Positions 19,768-28,584 of a stretch of 64,000 nt of DNA are shown here, piece by piece (the stretch's first letter is position 1; every line of letters begins with the position of its first letter). Made by a program: the position numbers and the translations under genes. The stretch is from a virus (lineage: Duplodnaviria; Caudoviricetes). The stretch is taken from IMG/VR virus record IMGVR_UViG_3300010311_001094, positions 1-64,000 of that record. One strand, written 5' to 3'. The notes beneath the pieces were generated by a model. That model saw nothing but the letters and a program-made list of their open reading frames with translations, did no database searches and was not told where the DNA came from.

Positions 19768-19796
19768 ATATTACCACCTTATTTCGGTTCAGTCAA
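19768..19796 (-). promoter_or_regulatory. Sigma-A promoter of the prophage LSR pair
   Basis: TTGACT-N17-TAATAT with TGG extension. Confidence 0.65.
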
Positions 19797-19952
19797 CGGT
19801 ATTTTGACAAATATTGTGCCGATTTTAGGGCGGTATTTCTCCCTCATCTTTGTATCAATTACGGCGTATTCATCAGCGGTCAGCAAGCCTTGTTTCGCCA
19901 TTTTTCGCACAAGACTCATTGTGACATGATACTTAAAATCATTCTGTTCCAT
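19779..19952 (-). CDS. Small SHOCT-like protein preceding the recombinases
   Basis: MEQNDFKYHVTMSLVRKMAKQGLLTADEYAVIDTKMREKYRP; GGAGG RBS. Confidence 0.7.
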   Translation of the reverse strand: MEQNDFKYHVTMSLVRKMAKQGLLTADEYAVIDTKMREKYRPKIGTIFVKIPLTEPK

Positions 19953-20331
19953 TTGCTGCACCTCCGTAGCGATGGCCGATATAGCAAGCGTGTGAGCAAT
20001 ATTTTCTGTGGTGTCCCTTGTAGTCGGAGAAAGTCTTTCCGCAGGCGGGACAAATGAGCGACACAAACGAAATATGCTTTATAAGGTTGCTGTTTTCCCG
20101 CCAATACTTCTGACGGCAGGAAGCAGAACAAAACGTTTTCTGCCGGTGTCCGGGTGTGTTGACAAGAGGCTGACCGCATCGTTTACAGCCGTCTTTCATA
20201 GGTGAAACATCTTTTCTTCTGCAAAACGATTTCACCGAATTGACAGACAGATTCATCTTTTCTGCAATTGAAGAAATAGACTCTCCGTTTTTCCGCAGTT
20301 CTGTGATTTTTTCTTTCTGTAAATCTGTCAT
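19939..20331 (-). CDS. HTH plus zinc-finger protein (sigma-70 region-4-like)
   Basis: MTDLQKEKITELRKNGESISSIAEKMNLSVNSVKSFCRR; CKRCG, FCSASC, CPACG, YCSHAC. Confidence 0.75.
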   Translation of the reverse strand: MTDLQKEKITELRKNGESISSIAEKMNLSVNSVKSFCRRKDVSPMKDGCKRCGQPLVNTPGHRQKTFCSASCRQKYWRENSNLIKHISFVSLICPACGKTFSDYKGHHRKYCSHACYIGHRYGGAANGTE

Positions 20332-20367
20332 AGCATACCTCCTGACTTGCTGATACATATGAAAAGA

Positions 20368-20393
20368 ACGGGCAGAGAACATCCTCTGCCCGT
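20368..20393 (-). terminator. Terminator after endolysin
   Basis: ACGGGCAGAG-gatgtt-CTCTGCCCGT then TCTTTT. Confidence 0.75.
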
Positions 20394-20403
20394 GAGAAGA
20401 TAA

Positions 20404-21597
20404 TCACGCCTTTACAATCGTACCCTTGTAGGTCTCGTTGCCGATCTGCACGGTCACAGTAGCGGTCTTGCTGTCTGCGGTCGGCTCAGGATCAGGTACA
20501 GGCGTGGGATTCGCCGCCTTGCCCCAGCCGTTCAGCCCCTTGCCCTTGATGATGGTCGGGAAATCCTTATAGCAGATATCGAGGTCAACATTTCCGGAGA
20601 TACCGTCTACCTTGCCCTTTTCGCTGTACTGCCACACCGCATAGGCACCGCTGTAGTTGGTCCTATCCACCCAGTGCGCAAGCCAGATCGTGTAGTGGGA
20701 TTTAATATCATCGGCTGTGTGGGTAAACAGGGGGGATGCAGAGCCGTAGAGACCAGTGAAATAGCCTGCGGACTCCACTCTTTCAAGAAATGCTCTCATG
20801 ATAGCAGAGACTTTTTCCTTGCCGAGATCGAACTGCTTTTTCTCCTCAAGGTCGAAGTATATGGGCATCTCGAACTGCTTTCCCTTGATGACCTTGAGGA
20901 ACACATTGGCTTCAAGCTCTGCCTCTTCCGGACTCATCGCATAGGAGTACCAATAGGCACCCACGGGGATTCCTGCCGCCTTTGCTTCAGCATAATTCTG
21001 CTCGAACTTCTCATCCTTCTGCTTTTCCAGTCTGCCGAAGCCCGCACGCAGTATCGCAAACTCGATGTCGTCAGCCTTGACTTTGTTCCAGTCGATATTG
21101 CCGTTGTGAACACTCACATCAATACCCTTCATATCCTCGCCTCCGAAATACTTGTAGAAATCATCGGTCACAGTGCTGTTGCCGTGGACTTCATCGCCGT
21201 ACCATTTCTTTCCGGTGCGAACATCGACATGCGTGTACTGATAGGCAGCGGTGATGTTTGCAATGCCTGTGAATCCGATATCCTGTGCCTTACAGCAGAC
21301 CACCTTCGAGCTGATTGGCCGCCCGTCTTGACCGAAGCAGCAGATATCCGCTGCCTTACCGAGTGTATGCTGCCCGGAGCCTGAACCTCCGACATTCTTG
21401 TCATGCTGCTCACAGCGATAACCGCTTGTCACGATGATCTTGGAGCAGTTGAGAGCTGTGAACAGCTTTTCGAGCTTCTCGACCAGTTCCTGGCTGTTCA
21501 GAGTCTCATGCTCCTTGCCGCACTTGCAGCGGAACTCTGAGATATTGAAGTGCGGAGAAAGCTGTGTGGTATCATTGAAATCGTAGGTCTTACTCAT
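20404..21597 (-). CDS. Endolysin: peptidase M15 plus GH25 muramidase
   Basis: HFNISEFRCKCG, TSGYRC, SGQHTLGKAADI, HVDVR; then GIDVSVHNG, YFDLEE, WQYSEKG, VDLD. Confidence 0.9.
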   Translation of the reverse strand: MSKTYDFNDTTQLSPHFNISEFRCKCGKEHETLNSQELVEKLEKLFTALNCSKIIVTSGYRCEQHDKNVGGSGSGQHTLGKAADICCFGQDGRPISSKVVCCKAQDIGFTGIANITAAYQYTHVDVRTGKKWYGDEVHGNSTVTDDFYKYFGGEDMKGIDVSVHNGNIDWNKVKADDIEFAILRAGFGRLEKQKDEKFEQNYAEAKAAGIPVGAYWYSYAMSPEEAELEANVFLKVIKGKQFEMPIYFDLEEKKQFDLGKEKVSAIMRAFLERVESAGYFTGLYGSASPLFTHTADDIKSHYTIWLAHWVDRTNYSGAYAVWQYSEKGKVDGISGNVDLDICYKDFPTIIKGKGLNGWGKAANPTPVPDPEPTADSKTATVTVQIGNETYKGTIVKA

Positions 21598-22055
21598 TTC
21601 TTATCATCCTCCATGTTATCGATCATTTCCTGAATTTCATCATCAATATGCGATGCACGTTTCTGAAGAACCTCAATAGCCTTCTTGATTGCAGGTGGAT
21701 ACGGGATGCCCATTAAAGACGTATTTTCAATAATTGAGAGCAGCTCATTGACGCAGAATCCGATGCAGGTCGCATCGCGGATGTAGGTCGTACCGATGAG
21801 AATATCCATGCGGACGGCGACCACAACCATGAGCAGAATGCAGAACTTCTTTGCAAGTCCTACCCAGCCTGCTTTTGAACTGAGCTTGCCGGTCTTGCTG
21901 TGTTTGGATTTGCCCATAGATGCGGCAATCAGACCTGTGGTGAAGTCAATTGCCATGAACAGCACAAGCGTGATGAGAGCAGAATCCCAGCCGCCGAGCA
22001 GTGCCGCAAAAAAGCCGCCGATCACTCCGGCGGCAGTACAGATATTTTCTTTCAT
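21594..22055 (-). CDS. Phage holin
   Basis: LLGGWDSALITLVLFMAIDFTTG, NELLSIIENTSLMGIP. Confidence 0.88.
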   Translation of the reverse strand: MKENICTAAGVIGGFFAALLGGWDSALITLVLFMAIDFTTGLIAASMGKSKHSKTGKLSSKAGWVGLAKKFCILLMVVVAVRMDILIGTTYIRDATCIGFCVNELLSIIENTSLMGIPYPPAIKKAIEVLQKRASHIDDEIQEMIDNMEDDKK

Positions 22056-22723
22056 GATGTTTCCTCCAGAATTTTAATGGTGCGGATATACGGATGTGTA
22101 TTATCGCTGACTGCTTTCCACGCAAGGTAATAGTCACCAGCTGTTATGTTTCCGCAGTCGAGCAGAGCAGTGGTGTAGTTATCACCCGTTTGCAGCCAGT
22201 TGAACGGAATAGAGACAGTCTGTCCTGCCATGATGGTTTCGTGGATATACCTTGCGGTCTCTGCCGGAGACAGATTACCCACATTTTTCGGAACAAGCCA
22301 CATTTCACCCACATCCGCAGCACCGGAGCGATAGCTGAACAGGATGGACATTGAGGGCGTGAGTGCAACAGGTGTGACACATTGCGTATAAATGGTTGCG
22401 CCCCAGTTGAAGTCCGGCTGATTGTAGTACAGCGCATAACCGTTCTCCTCTGAGCAGAAATTCGGATAGGATTCCGCAAAGCCCGCAAGGGAACGATAGC
22501 CGTCATTATAGAAGGTGTACAGCTTTTCTCCGAAGTCGTGGAGCGTGTCGATAGATGCTTTGAACAGTGTAACATCCGGCTTTGTTTGCGGAATCTGCAG
22601 CACTTTCGGAACAAGCGTATTCAGCTTTTCAGTTTCCGAAGCGGATACACCCATTGTGGTCAGATTTCGGGCTAAAGCGTCTCTCTGCTCATCGAGAGCT
22701 GTCAGATAATTTGCAATGCTCAT
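22052..22723 (-). CDS. Hypothetical tail-associated protein
   Basis: 223 aa, translationally coupled in the tail operon. Confidence 0.65.
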   Translation of the reverse strand: MSIANYLTALDEQRDALARNLTTMGVSASETEKLNTLVPKVLQIPQTKPDVTLFKASIDTLHDFGEKLYTFYNDGYRSLAGFAESYPNFCSEENGYALYYNQPDFNWGATIYTQCVTPVALTPSMSILFSYRSGAADVGEMWLVPKNVGNLSPAETARYIHETIMAGQTVSIPFNWLQTGDNYTTALLDCGNITAGDYYLAWKAVSDNTHPYIRTIKILEETS

Positions 22724-24078
22724 ACTGTCACCTCCACGATAGCCGCTAAAGCTGTCTCTACACCTGCAAGAGCTTCCTCGACAGCAGCGAGTTTTGTATT
22801 GATATCCGTGATAGAGGTCTTTGCGCCCTGCATATCATAGAGAATTTCCGTCTTGAAACGCTCGAACACACCCTCGTTGACACCCACGCGCTCGTTCAGG
22901 TTCATTGCGGCGGTGTATGCTTCATTCCAGCGGGAAACGCTGGAATCTGTGATACCGTTGAGCGTTGTGAGATTATGATGCCAGTGCGCCTGCCCGATCA
23001 CAGTCGAGATGGATGCAATGTCATCGAGCATTTCCTGTGTGATAGAATCCAGAATCGCCTTATTCGCATGAGAATGCGCCTGTGCGGATACCTCACTCAG
23101 TCCGGTAGACAGCCCATGCAGAGCGTTTGCTGTGGATGCCTGAAATGCCGTCAGATCTTGCATATACTGCTCTGTGATAGAATCCAGAACAGCCTTGTTC
23201 TCATGCGTGTGTGCGGTATTGGAGAAGTTATTGACGGATTCAAAGAGCGTGTGGATCTGCTCTCTTGTCCAGTCCTCGAAAGGACCGTACTCCTCCATTG
23301 CAGAGATCATTGCCTTGGTAATGCGGTCAAGCACAGCCTGATTGTTATGGTTATGCTTGTACTGCTGCAAATTAAGAATTTCCTCATTGACTGTCTGGAT
23401 ATCATAAACAGTCTTGTCCTCAAACTGCTGCAGCTCATACAGCTCTGCGAAAAGCTCCGGTGTCAGGCTGTCCAGTGTAGCCTTGTTGTCATGTGTATGG
23501 GCTTCCTCTGCCACCAGAGTGATCTGCTGTTCAACAATCGTCTGCACTTCTGTTGTCTTGGGATACTCGGACATATCCGGAGTAATGCCGTCCTTGCCAT
23601 GCAGACTTGCCAGCCATTCCTCCTCAGTACCGATATAGCCGTGATCCACTGCGATCTGGTAGGCAGATTTTCCGTCCAGTCCATGCTCGGCATCCTCGAT
23701 GCGTTTCAGAAGCTGTGTATACAGATCGGGCGTCGGCGGAATCGGAGGTTCTTCACCCTCAAAGCCGGATTCTCGGATATTCAGCGTTACCGGAACAGTT
23801 GTCGCTCTGACAGTGGTATCCGATGCGGTATCGTAGCCGTATATGCCCATTTTCACCGCGCCCACATGAAGCTCCGCAGGCAGATAACAGCTTGTGCCAT
23901 CTGTTCCCAGAACAACGGAATACACCTCATCACACTGGCTGAACTGCACGGTTTTATGATACCGTTTCCAGTCACCGTCAAATGTGAACTTGAACTGCAC
24001 ATACTGAATTTGATGATCTGCGAGAACCTCTCGCTCCAGAATCTCAATGCTCTGGTTTTTCACAAGGAATTTCCACAT
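22720..24078 (-). CDS. Tail fibre / baseplate upper protein with HxHxN repeats
   Basis: BppU-like N-terminus, PPTPDLYTQLL, GKSAYQIAVDHGYIGTEEEWLASL, five HxHxN..LD.IT-type repeats. Confidence 0.75.
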   Translation of the reverse strand: MWKFLVKNQSIEILEREVLADHQIQYVQFKFTFDGDWKRYHKTVQFSQCDEVYSVVLGTDGTSCYLPAELHVGAVKMGIYGYDTASDTTVRATTVPVTLNIRESGFEGEEPPIPPTPDLYTQLLKRIEDAEHGLDGKSAYQIAVDHGYIGTEEEWLASLHGKDGITPDMSEYPKTTEVQTIVEQQITLVAEEAHTHDNKATLDSLTPELFAELYELQQFEDKTVYDIQTVNEEILNLQQYKHNHNNQAVLDRITKAMISAMEEYGPFEDWTREQIHTLFESVNNFSNTAHTHENKAVLDSITEQYMQDLTAFQASTANALHGLSTGLSEVSAQAHSHANKAILDSITQEMLDDIASISTVIGQAHWHHNLTTLNGITDSSVSRWNEAYTAAMNLNERVGVNEGVFERFKTEILYDMQGAKTSITDINTKLAAVEEALAGVETALAAIVEVTV

Positions 24079-25433
24079 TATTCACGCACCTCCGTCCATT
24101 CCTTCGTTTCTGTATCATACTGCATATATCCGTCAAGGCAGATGACCTTTTTGAGTGTGCCATCAACCTGACCGCCTCTGCCGTCCCAGTTGCCGCCCTT
24201 TACAACGGCAGCCCATTCATCAAGGCTTCCCTCATAGGTAAGCTGAGTAAGGCTGTTGCAGTAGTTGATCCAGTGAGAGCCGATTTTCGTCACATTATGG
24301 CTGAGGGTAAGGTTACGCAGGTTTGAACACCATACGAAACAGAATCCCGGCACTTCGGAACATTCTACTCTTGCAGTTGTCAACGTGTCACTGCCGTCAA
24401 AAATATAGGTGCCGAGCGTAGTGAGCGTTGCAGGCATGATGATAGAAGTCAATGCCTGATCAACAAACGCCTTCTCACCAATTGTTGTAATAGTCGGAGG
24501 AATCGTCAGGGAGGTAAGACCACCCTGCGTGTACATAAAGAATGCACGTGCTTTGATGGTTATCAGTGTACTGGGGAATGTGGCCGTTGCCATATTGTAG
24601 CATCGCTCGAACACACTGGTACCAATTGCTGTGATGCCCTCGCCGATCACAAGCGAACGGATATCCTCTCGTTCCCAGAACGGCGATCTGCCGATCTCAT
24701 AATCGTAGGTCTCGCCTGTACCGTGAAGCAGGAGCTTTCCGTTTTCATAAAGAACATAATGGATATTCTCGCCGCAGGTGCCGATCTCCACAATGCCACC
24801 GATGATATCATCGACCTCGGTCTGCAAGGTTTCAACCTGTGTGGTCAGTGCCTGAACAGTCTCGTTATATTCTGAAATGTCCGCCTCGATCTGTGCGAGC
24901 TGTGCCAGCATCTCCGTTACTCTGCACTTGCCGAGGATACAACGGCAGTAACCGCAGACATTCCTGTCCTCGCGGTAGTCGTACCAGTCACGCTCGGTCA
25001 GACTTGTAGCACCGGGATTCAGGCGTACCGCATACATGAGTAGCCGCACGTGATTTTCATCCTGTGGAATGGACGGAAGCTGCGGGTTTTCTGCCGGAGT
25101 GCCGGGAAAGAGCTTCAACGTCACGCTGCGGACAGCTTCTGTGGTATCCAGATAGATGGCGAGACCCACATATCTCGGAAGCGACTCGTCCATATACTCG
25201 GACAGATCGATAGAATAGCGGGCATCGTTGATGAAGTAGTGTCCGTTGATCCATGCCTTGCCCCTACCGACAGACACACTTAATCAACGATGCCCGGCTG
25301 TCAGCTTGAAGCAGTCGCCGTAGTTATCCTGAATGCCGTTGCAAATGATACTGGACAGATAATCATTGAAATTCTCCGCTGTGTAGGTGCGGTCAAGGTT
25401 CTTTGAATTGAAAAATCCGCTGTGAAAAGCCAT
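24078..25433 (-). pseudogene. Tail protein with BspA-type leucine-rich repeats, interrupted by an in-frame TGA at codon 50
   Basis: ATG 25433 MAFHSGFFNSKNLDRTYTAENF..LTAGHR*LSVSVGRGKAWINGH (TGA 25284-25286); LRRs IGEGITAIGTSVF, IPPTITTIGEKAF. Confidence 0.75.
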
Positions 25434-25437
25434 AAAA

Positions 25438-26550
25438 TCACCCCTCTTTGAATGTGGGCGTTAGACTGCGCCCGTTCTGGTCGAAAGCCTCTATCATACC
25501 GATGAGCTGAATGCAGGGCTGTATCATGCCGAACCGTTTATGCTCCACAGTCACATAATCACCGACATAATAATCACGGTTATGAACATACTGCGTACTG
25601 TTTGCTGCAATCTCGGACTCCGATGCCGTCTTGGGAGATTCCAGCCGTTCCGAGCCTCTTGTTTTCAGCAGCTCGATATACTGCTCCTCCGGGATCGGTA
25701 CAGTCTCACCCTCGACCTGTTCTGTTTCGGAAATATCATCCGCATCTACATACAGCTCATATCGGTCAAGATATGTCGGCTCTGCACCAACACAATATGT
25801 GGTACGCTTTCGCTCCTCCCCTTTGCCCTGACCGAAGATATATGCGAAATTGCGCTGAATACTACTGTCAGAAGCATAGGAAAATGACAGCAGATTGCTG
25901 TATGCGTCCGAGAAAATGATGTGAGGGTTGTCCTCCTGCATCAGACTTCTGTCCTCTCCCTGTGCCAGATCGAATACCATGCGGTACTGCTCACCGGTAT
26001 CCTTCACAAGCCGGATATTCGCCGTGCCGCCGATCTTCTCACAGATGGTGTATATCCATTTCATCAGATTGGCATAGGAAATTTGCAGCGTGGTTGTCTG
26101 CTCCCAGCAGGTGCCGGATACTGTGCCGAGCGATAAGCCGGGAATCTTCCGGCTGTCATTCAGCAGCGTGTTCTGCGTGACGACCTCTCGGACAATCTCA
26201 GAATATGCCTTTTCTGCGGTCACATTGTAGGTCGGATGAATGATACGCCGTTCCAACAGGCACATGAGGAATCTGCCCTTAACTGTCAGGTAGTCGCCGT
26301 TCTCCACATCGGTATTGATCTGCACAGATTCAATGATGCCGAAATGCTGGTTGTCATCATCTCTGCCGACAATGCGTCCGGGCTGGAAGATGTCCACGTT
26401 CTGCGGATTGGCGGCGATATACACCTCAAAGCTGCCGCACTTGTAGTATTCAATATCCCACAGCAGACTTGAAAAGGTGTCGCAGATGGCTTCCAGCGTG
26501 ATCGTGAGAGCATCGTCCTCTGCTGTCATCTTGTAAACTTCAATCTGCAT
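25438..26550 (-). CDS. Siphovirus Gp37-like minor tail protein
   Basis: SLLWDIEYYKCGSFE, GQGKGEER, RYELYVDADD, DYYVGDYVTV; position after Dit. Confidence 0.8.
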   Translation of the reverse strand: MQIEVYKMTAEDDALTITLEAICDTFSSLLWDIEYYKCGSFEVYIAANPQNVDIFQPGRIVGRDDDNQHFGIIESVQINTDVENGDYLTVKGRFLMCLLERRIIHPTYNVTAEKAYSEIVREVVTQNTLLNDSRKIPGLSLGTVSGTCWEQTTTLQISYANLMKWIYTICEKIGGTANIRLVKDTGEQYRMVFDLAQGEDRSLMQEDNPHIIFSDAYSNLLSFSYASDSSIQRNFAYIFGQGKGEERKRTTYCVGAEPTYLDRYELYVDADDISETEQVEGETVPIPEEQYIELLKTRGSERLESPKTASESEIAANSTQYVHNRDYYVGDYVTVEHKRFGMIQPCIQLIGMIEAFDQNGRSLTPTFKEG

Positions 26551-26552
26551 CG

Positions 26553-27410
26553 TTATACCCCCAGATACGCATTTGTGTGAATGATCTTCACTCGCAGTTT
26601 TGTAAGCCCCGTGCCGCGCAGATAAAAGCGGTTCTTGCCCTCACGCAGCGTCAGCCATGTCGAGCTGGAAACAAGGCGGTTGATGATATTCGTCTTGACA
26701 CCACCCCTGTCGAGTGTCACAGTCTTATTGCCTGTTTTGGTGGTGATCGTCACAATGTCTCTGGCTTGCAGATCGCCTGTGATCTGTAAATATTCATCTG
26801 TATCCGCATTGTACAGCGTAGGCGAACGGACATCTTCGAGGGCTTCGATTTCGAGCGTGAAGCCTGTTTCATCACCGTCATTGATGATCTCCATGACATT
26901 GTTGGTGTTGTATTTGCCGAGAACGAAGGGCTCCGGGTTGCTTTCCGTTGGGAACGGGAATGTGAAGGCTCCTGTGATCTGCGAGTAATACGCCCTGACC
27001 GAGGTCGTGGAATACCAGTAGATGTCAGGACACAGAATAGAAATCTGTCCAGTAACAAGCTGCTCAAAGTTGGATACTTCACAGGTCTCGACATAACCAG
27101 TTGTGAAAACATCGATGCCTGCGGTCTTGTAGTAAACCTTGATAAAGCGGCTCGGTTTCACCACCTTATAAAGCTGATGGCGTCGCTTTTCAACACCGAT
27201 TCCTCGCATCTCGAAGGAAATGACAACATTCCGCTTCTCAATGAAGGCATTGTTCAGGTAGCTTCCGTCCATGCCCGCATAGCTGGAGGTGCTGATCGTG
27301 CCGGGTGGCGGGGAAAGCCCCTCGATCTTTGAGGTCATATACTGGTTTGCCGTAGCGGTCATGTCTACACGATCGCCGTTGGCGTTTTCAAGGATAAGTT
27401 TGAAAAACAT
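26553..27410 (-). CDS. Distal tail protein (Dit / Sipho_tail)
   Basis: IEGLSPP, GMDGSY, WLTLREGKNRF; follows TMP. Confidence 0.8.
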   Translation of the reverse strand: MFFKLILENANGDRVDMTATANQYMTSKIEGLSPPPGTISTSSYAGMDGSYLNNAFIEKRNVVISFEMRGIGVEKRRHQLYKVVKPSRFIKVYYKTAGIDVFTTGYVETCEVSNFEQLVTGQISILCPDIYWYSTTSVRAYYSQITGAFTFPFPTESNPEPFVLGKYNTNNVMEIINDGDETGFTLEIEALEDVRSPTLYNADTDEYLQITGDLQARDIVTITTKTGNKTVTLDRGGVKTNIINRLVSSSTWLTLREGKNRFYLRGTGLTKLRVKIIHTNAYLGV

Positions 27411-27422
27411 GGTATCACCTCC

Positions 27423-27451
27423 TTGCTTTTTCTATGGGATTGATGTATAAT
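27423..27451 (+). promoter_or_regulatory. Sigma-A promoter of the moron
   Basis: TTGCTT-N17-TATAAT. Confidence 0.7.
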
Positions 27452-27473
27452 AATGACAGAGGTGAGATTCAAA

Positions 27474-28493
27474 ATGAGTAATTTGGAGATATTACTTGAC
27501 TTAATTGAAAGGAACTTGGAAACTCACAAAAATCACCCGTTCAACACACATCCGAAATACTATGAAGATTTTTTATGTATACTTAATGAGTACCCTTGTG
27601 AGTTCCTGTATTCCACATCAGGTAAACGTAACGCATTATTATCAAAACTTCAGTTATCAAAAAATGCGGCATATAATCCTGTGACTTATTGTCAAGGAAT
27701 TAGTGAAATAGTTTTGTACTTTAATGCTATGCAAAAAAATTTGAATTTTACGCCTGAGAAAAAACTTACAGCAGGCGGAACAGATGTTGATATGCAGATT
27801 CAAACAAAGAATGCTACATATAATATAGAAATCAAATCACCTGATATAAATATACCTTCAGCAAGTTCTGGACTGCTTATTGAAAATCTTTTTAGAACAA
27901 CTGAAAATGACTGGACTAAAGGGATCGATCAGATTGACAATATTAAGCTGAAAAAGAATGATGATAATAAAGTATGTAGTTTTTTGAAGTCTGCACAATC
28001 AAAATTCTGTGAATCATCTAATGGCATTTGTAATATTCTTTTCATTTCACTTCCGCTCTGTGAAATACCAAGATATTTTGGTTACATTACTAATGGCTAT
28101 TCTGGTATCTTTTCTCTTAATGCTCCTATTCGTTTTTTGTCGGCAGATTGTTTCGATAAAACAGATATTATTATACTTTCAAGTATTGCCGATGGGCATA
28201 CATTCTCATATGAAGATGTTGATTCGCCATGGAAATTAGATGAATTTTTTACTCATTTTATAAGCAATCCATTCAAATCCATTGACGCAAATATTGCTCA
28301 TGAATTATTAGAGATTATTCCGAATTCAACATTAGAATTTGATGAATTTTTCTTTAAATTTGAAAGTACACTACAGGAACAAGGGGAGAAGATAAACGAT
28401 AAAAACTATGCCAATGATGTTATGCCCTTAGTATTTCCAAAATACTTTTCAAGGTTTTATCCGAAATTTTATAATCAGCACACTGATTTATAA
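27474..28493 (+). CDS. Low-GC moron, putative PD-(D/E)xK nuclease-fold protein
   Basis: Opposite strand, AT-rich, own promoter and AGAGGTGA RBS; E..TDVDMQIQ...NIEIKSP motif. Confidence 0.6.
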   Translation: MSNLEILLDLIERNLETHKNHPFNTHPKYYEDFLCILNEYPCEFLYSTSGKRNALLSKLQLSKNAAYNPVTYCQGISEIVLYFNAMQKNLNFTPEKKLTAGGTDVDMQIQTKNATYNIEIKSPDINIPSASSGLLIENLFRTTENDWTKGIDQIDNIKLKKNDDNKVCSFLKSAQSKFCESSNGICNILFISLPLCEIPRYFGYITNGYSGIFSLNAPIRFLSADCFDKTDIIILSSIADGHTFSYEDVDSPWKLDEFFTHFISNPFKSIDANIAHELLEIIPNSTLEFDEFFFKFESTLQEQGEKINDKNYANDVMPLVFPKYFSRFYPKFYNQHTDL

Positions 28494-28556
28494 AATATAT
28501 GTTTTAGATTATTATTTCATTTTGTGCCTTGATATATCTGGGAATAATAAGTACAT

Positions 28557-28578
28557 GGGGCGAGTTTGATTCCGCCCC
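28557..28578. terminator. Hairpin between convergent moron and TMP
   Basis: GGGGCGAG-tttgat-TCCGCCCC. Confidence 0.55.
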
Positions 28579-28584
28579 AAATAT

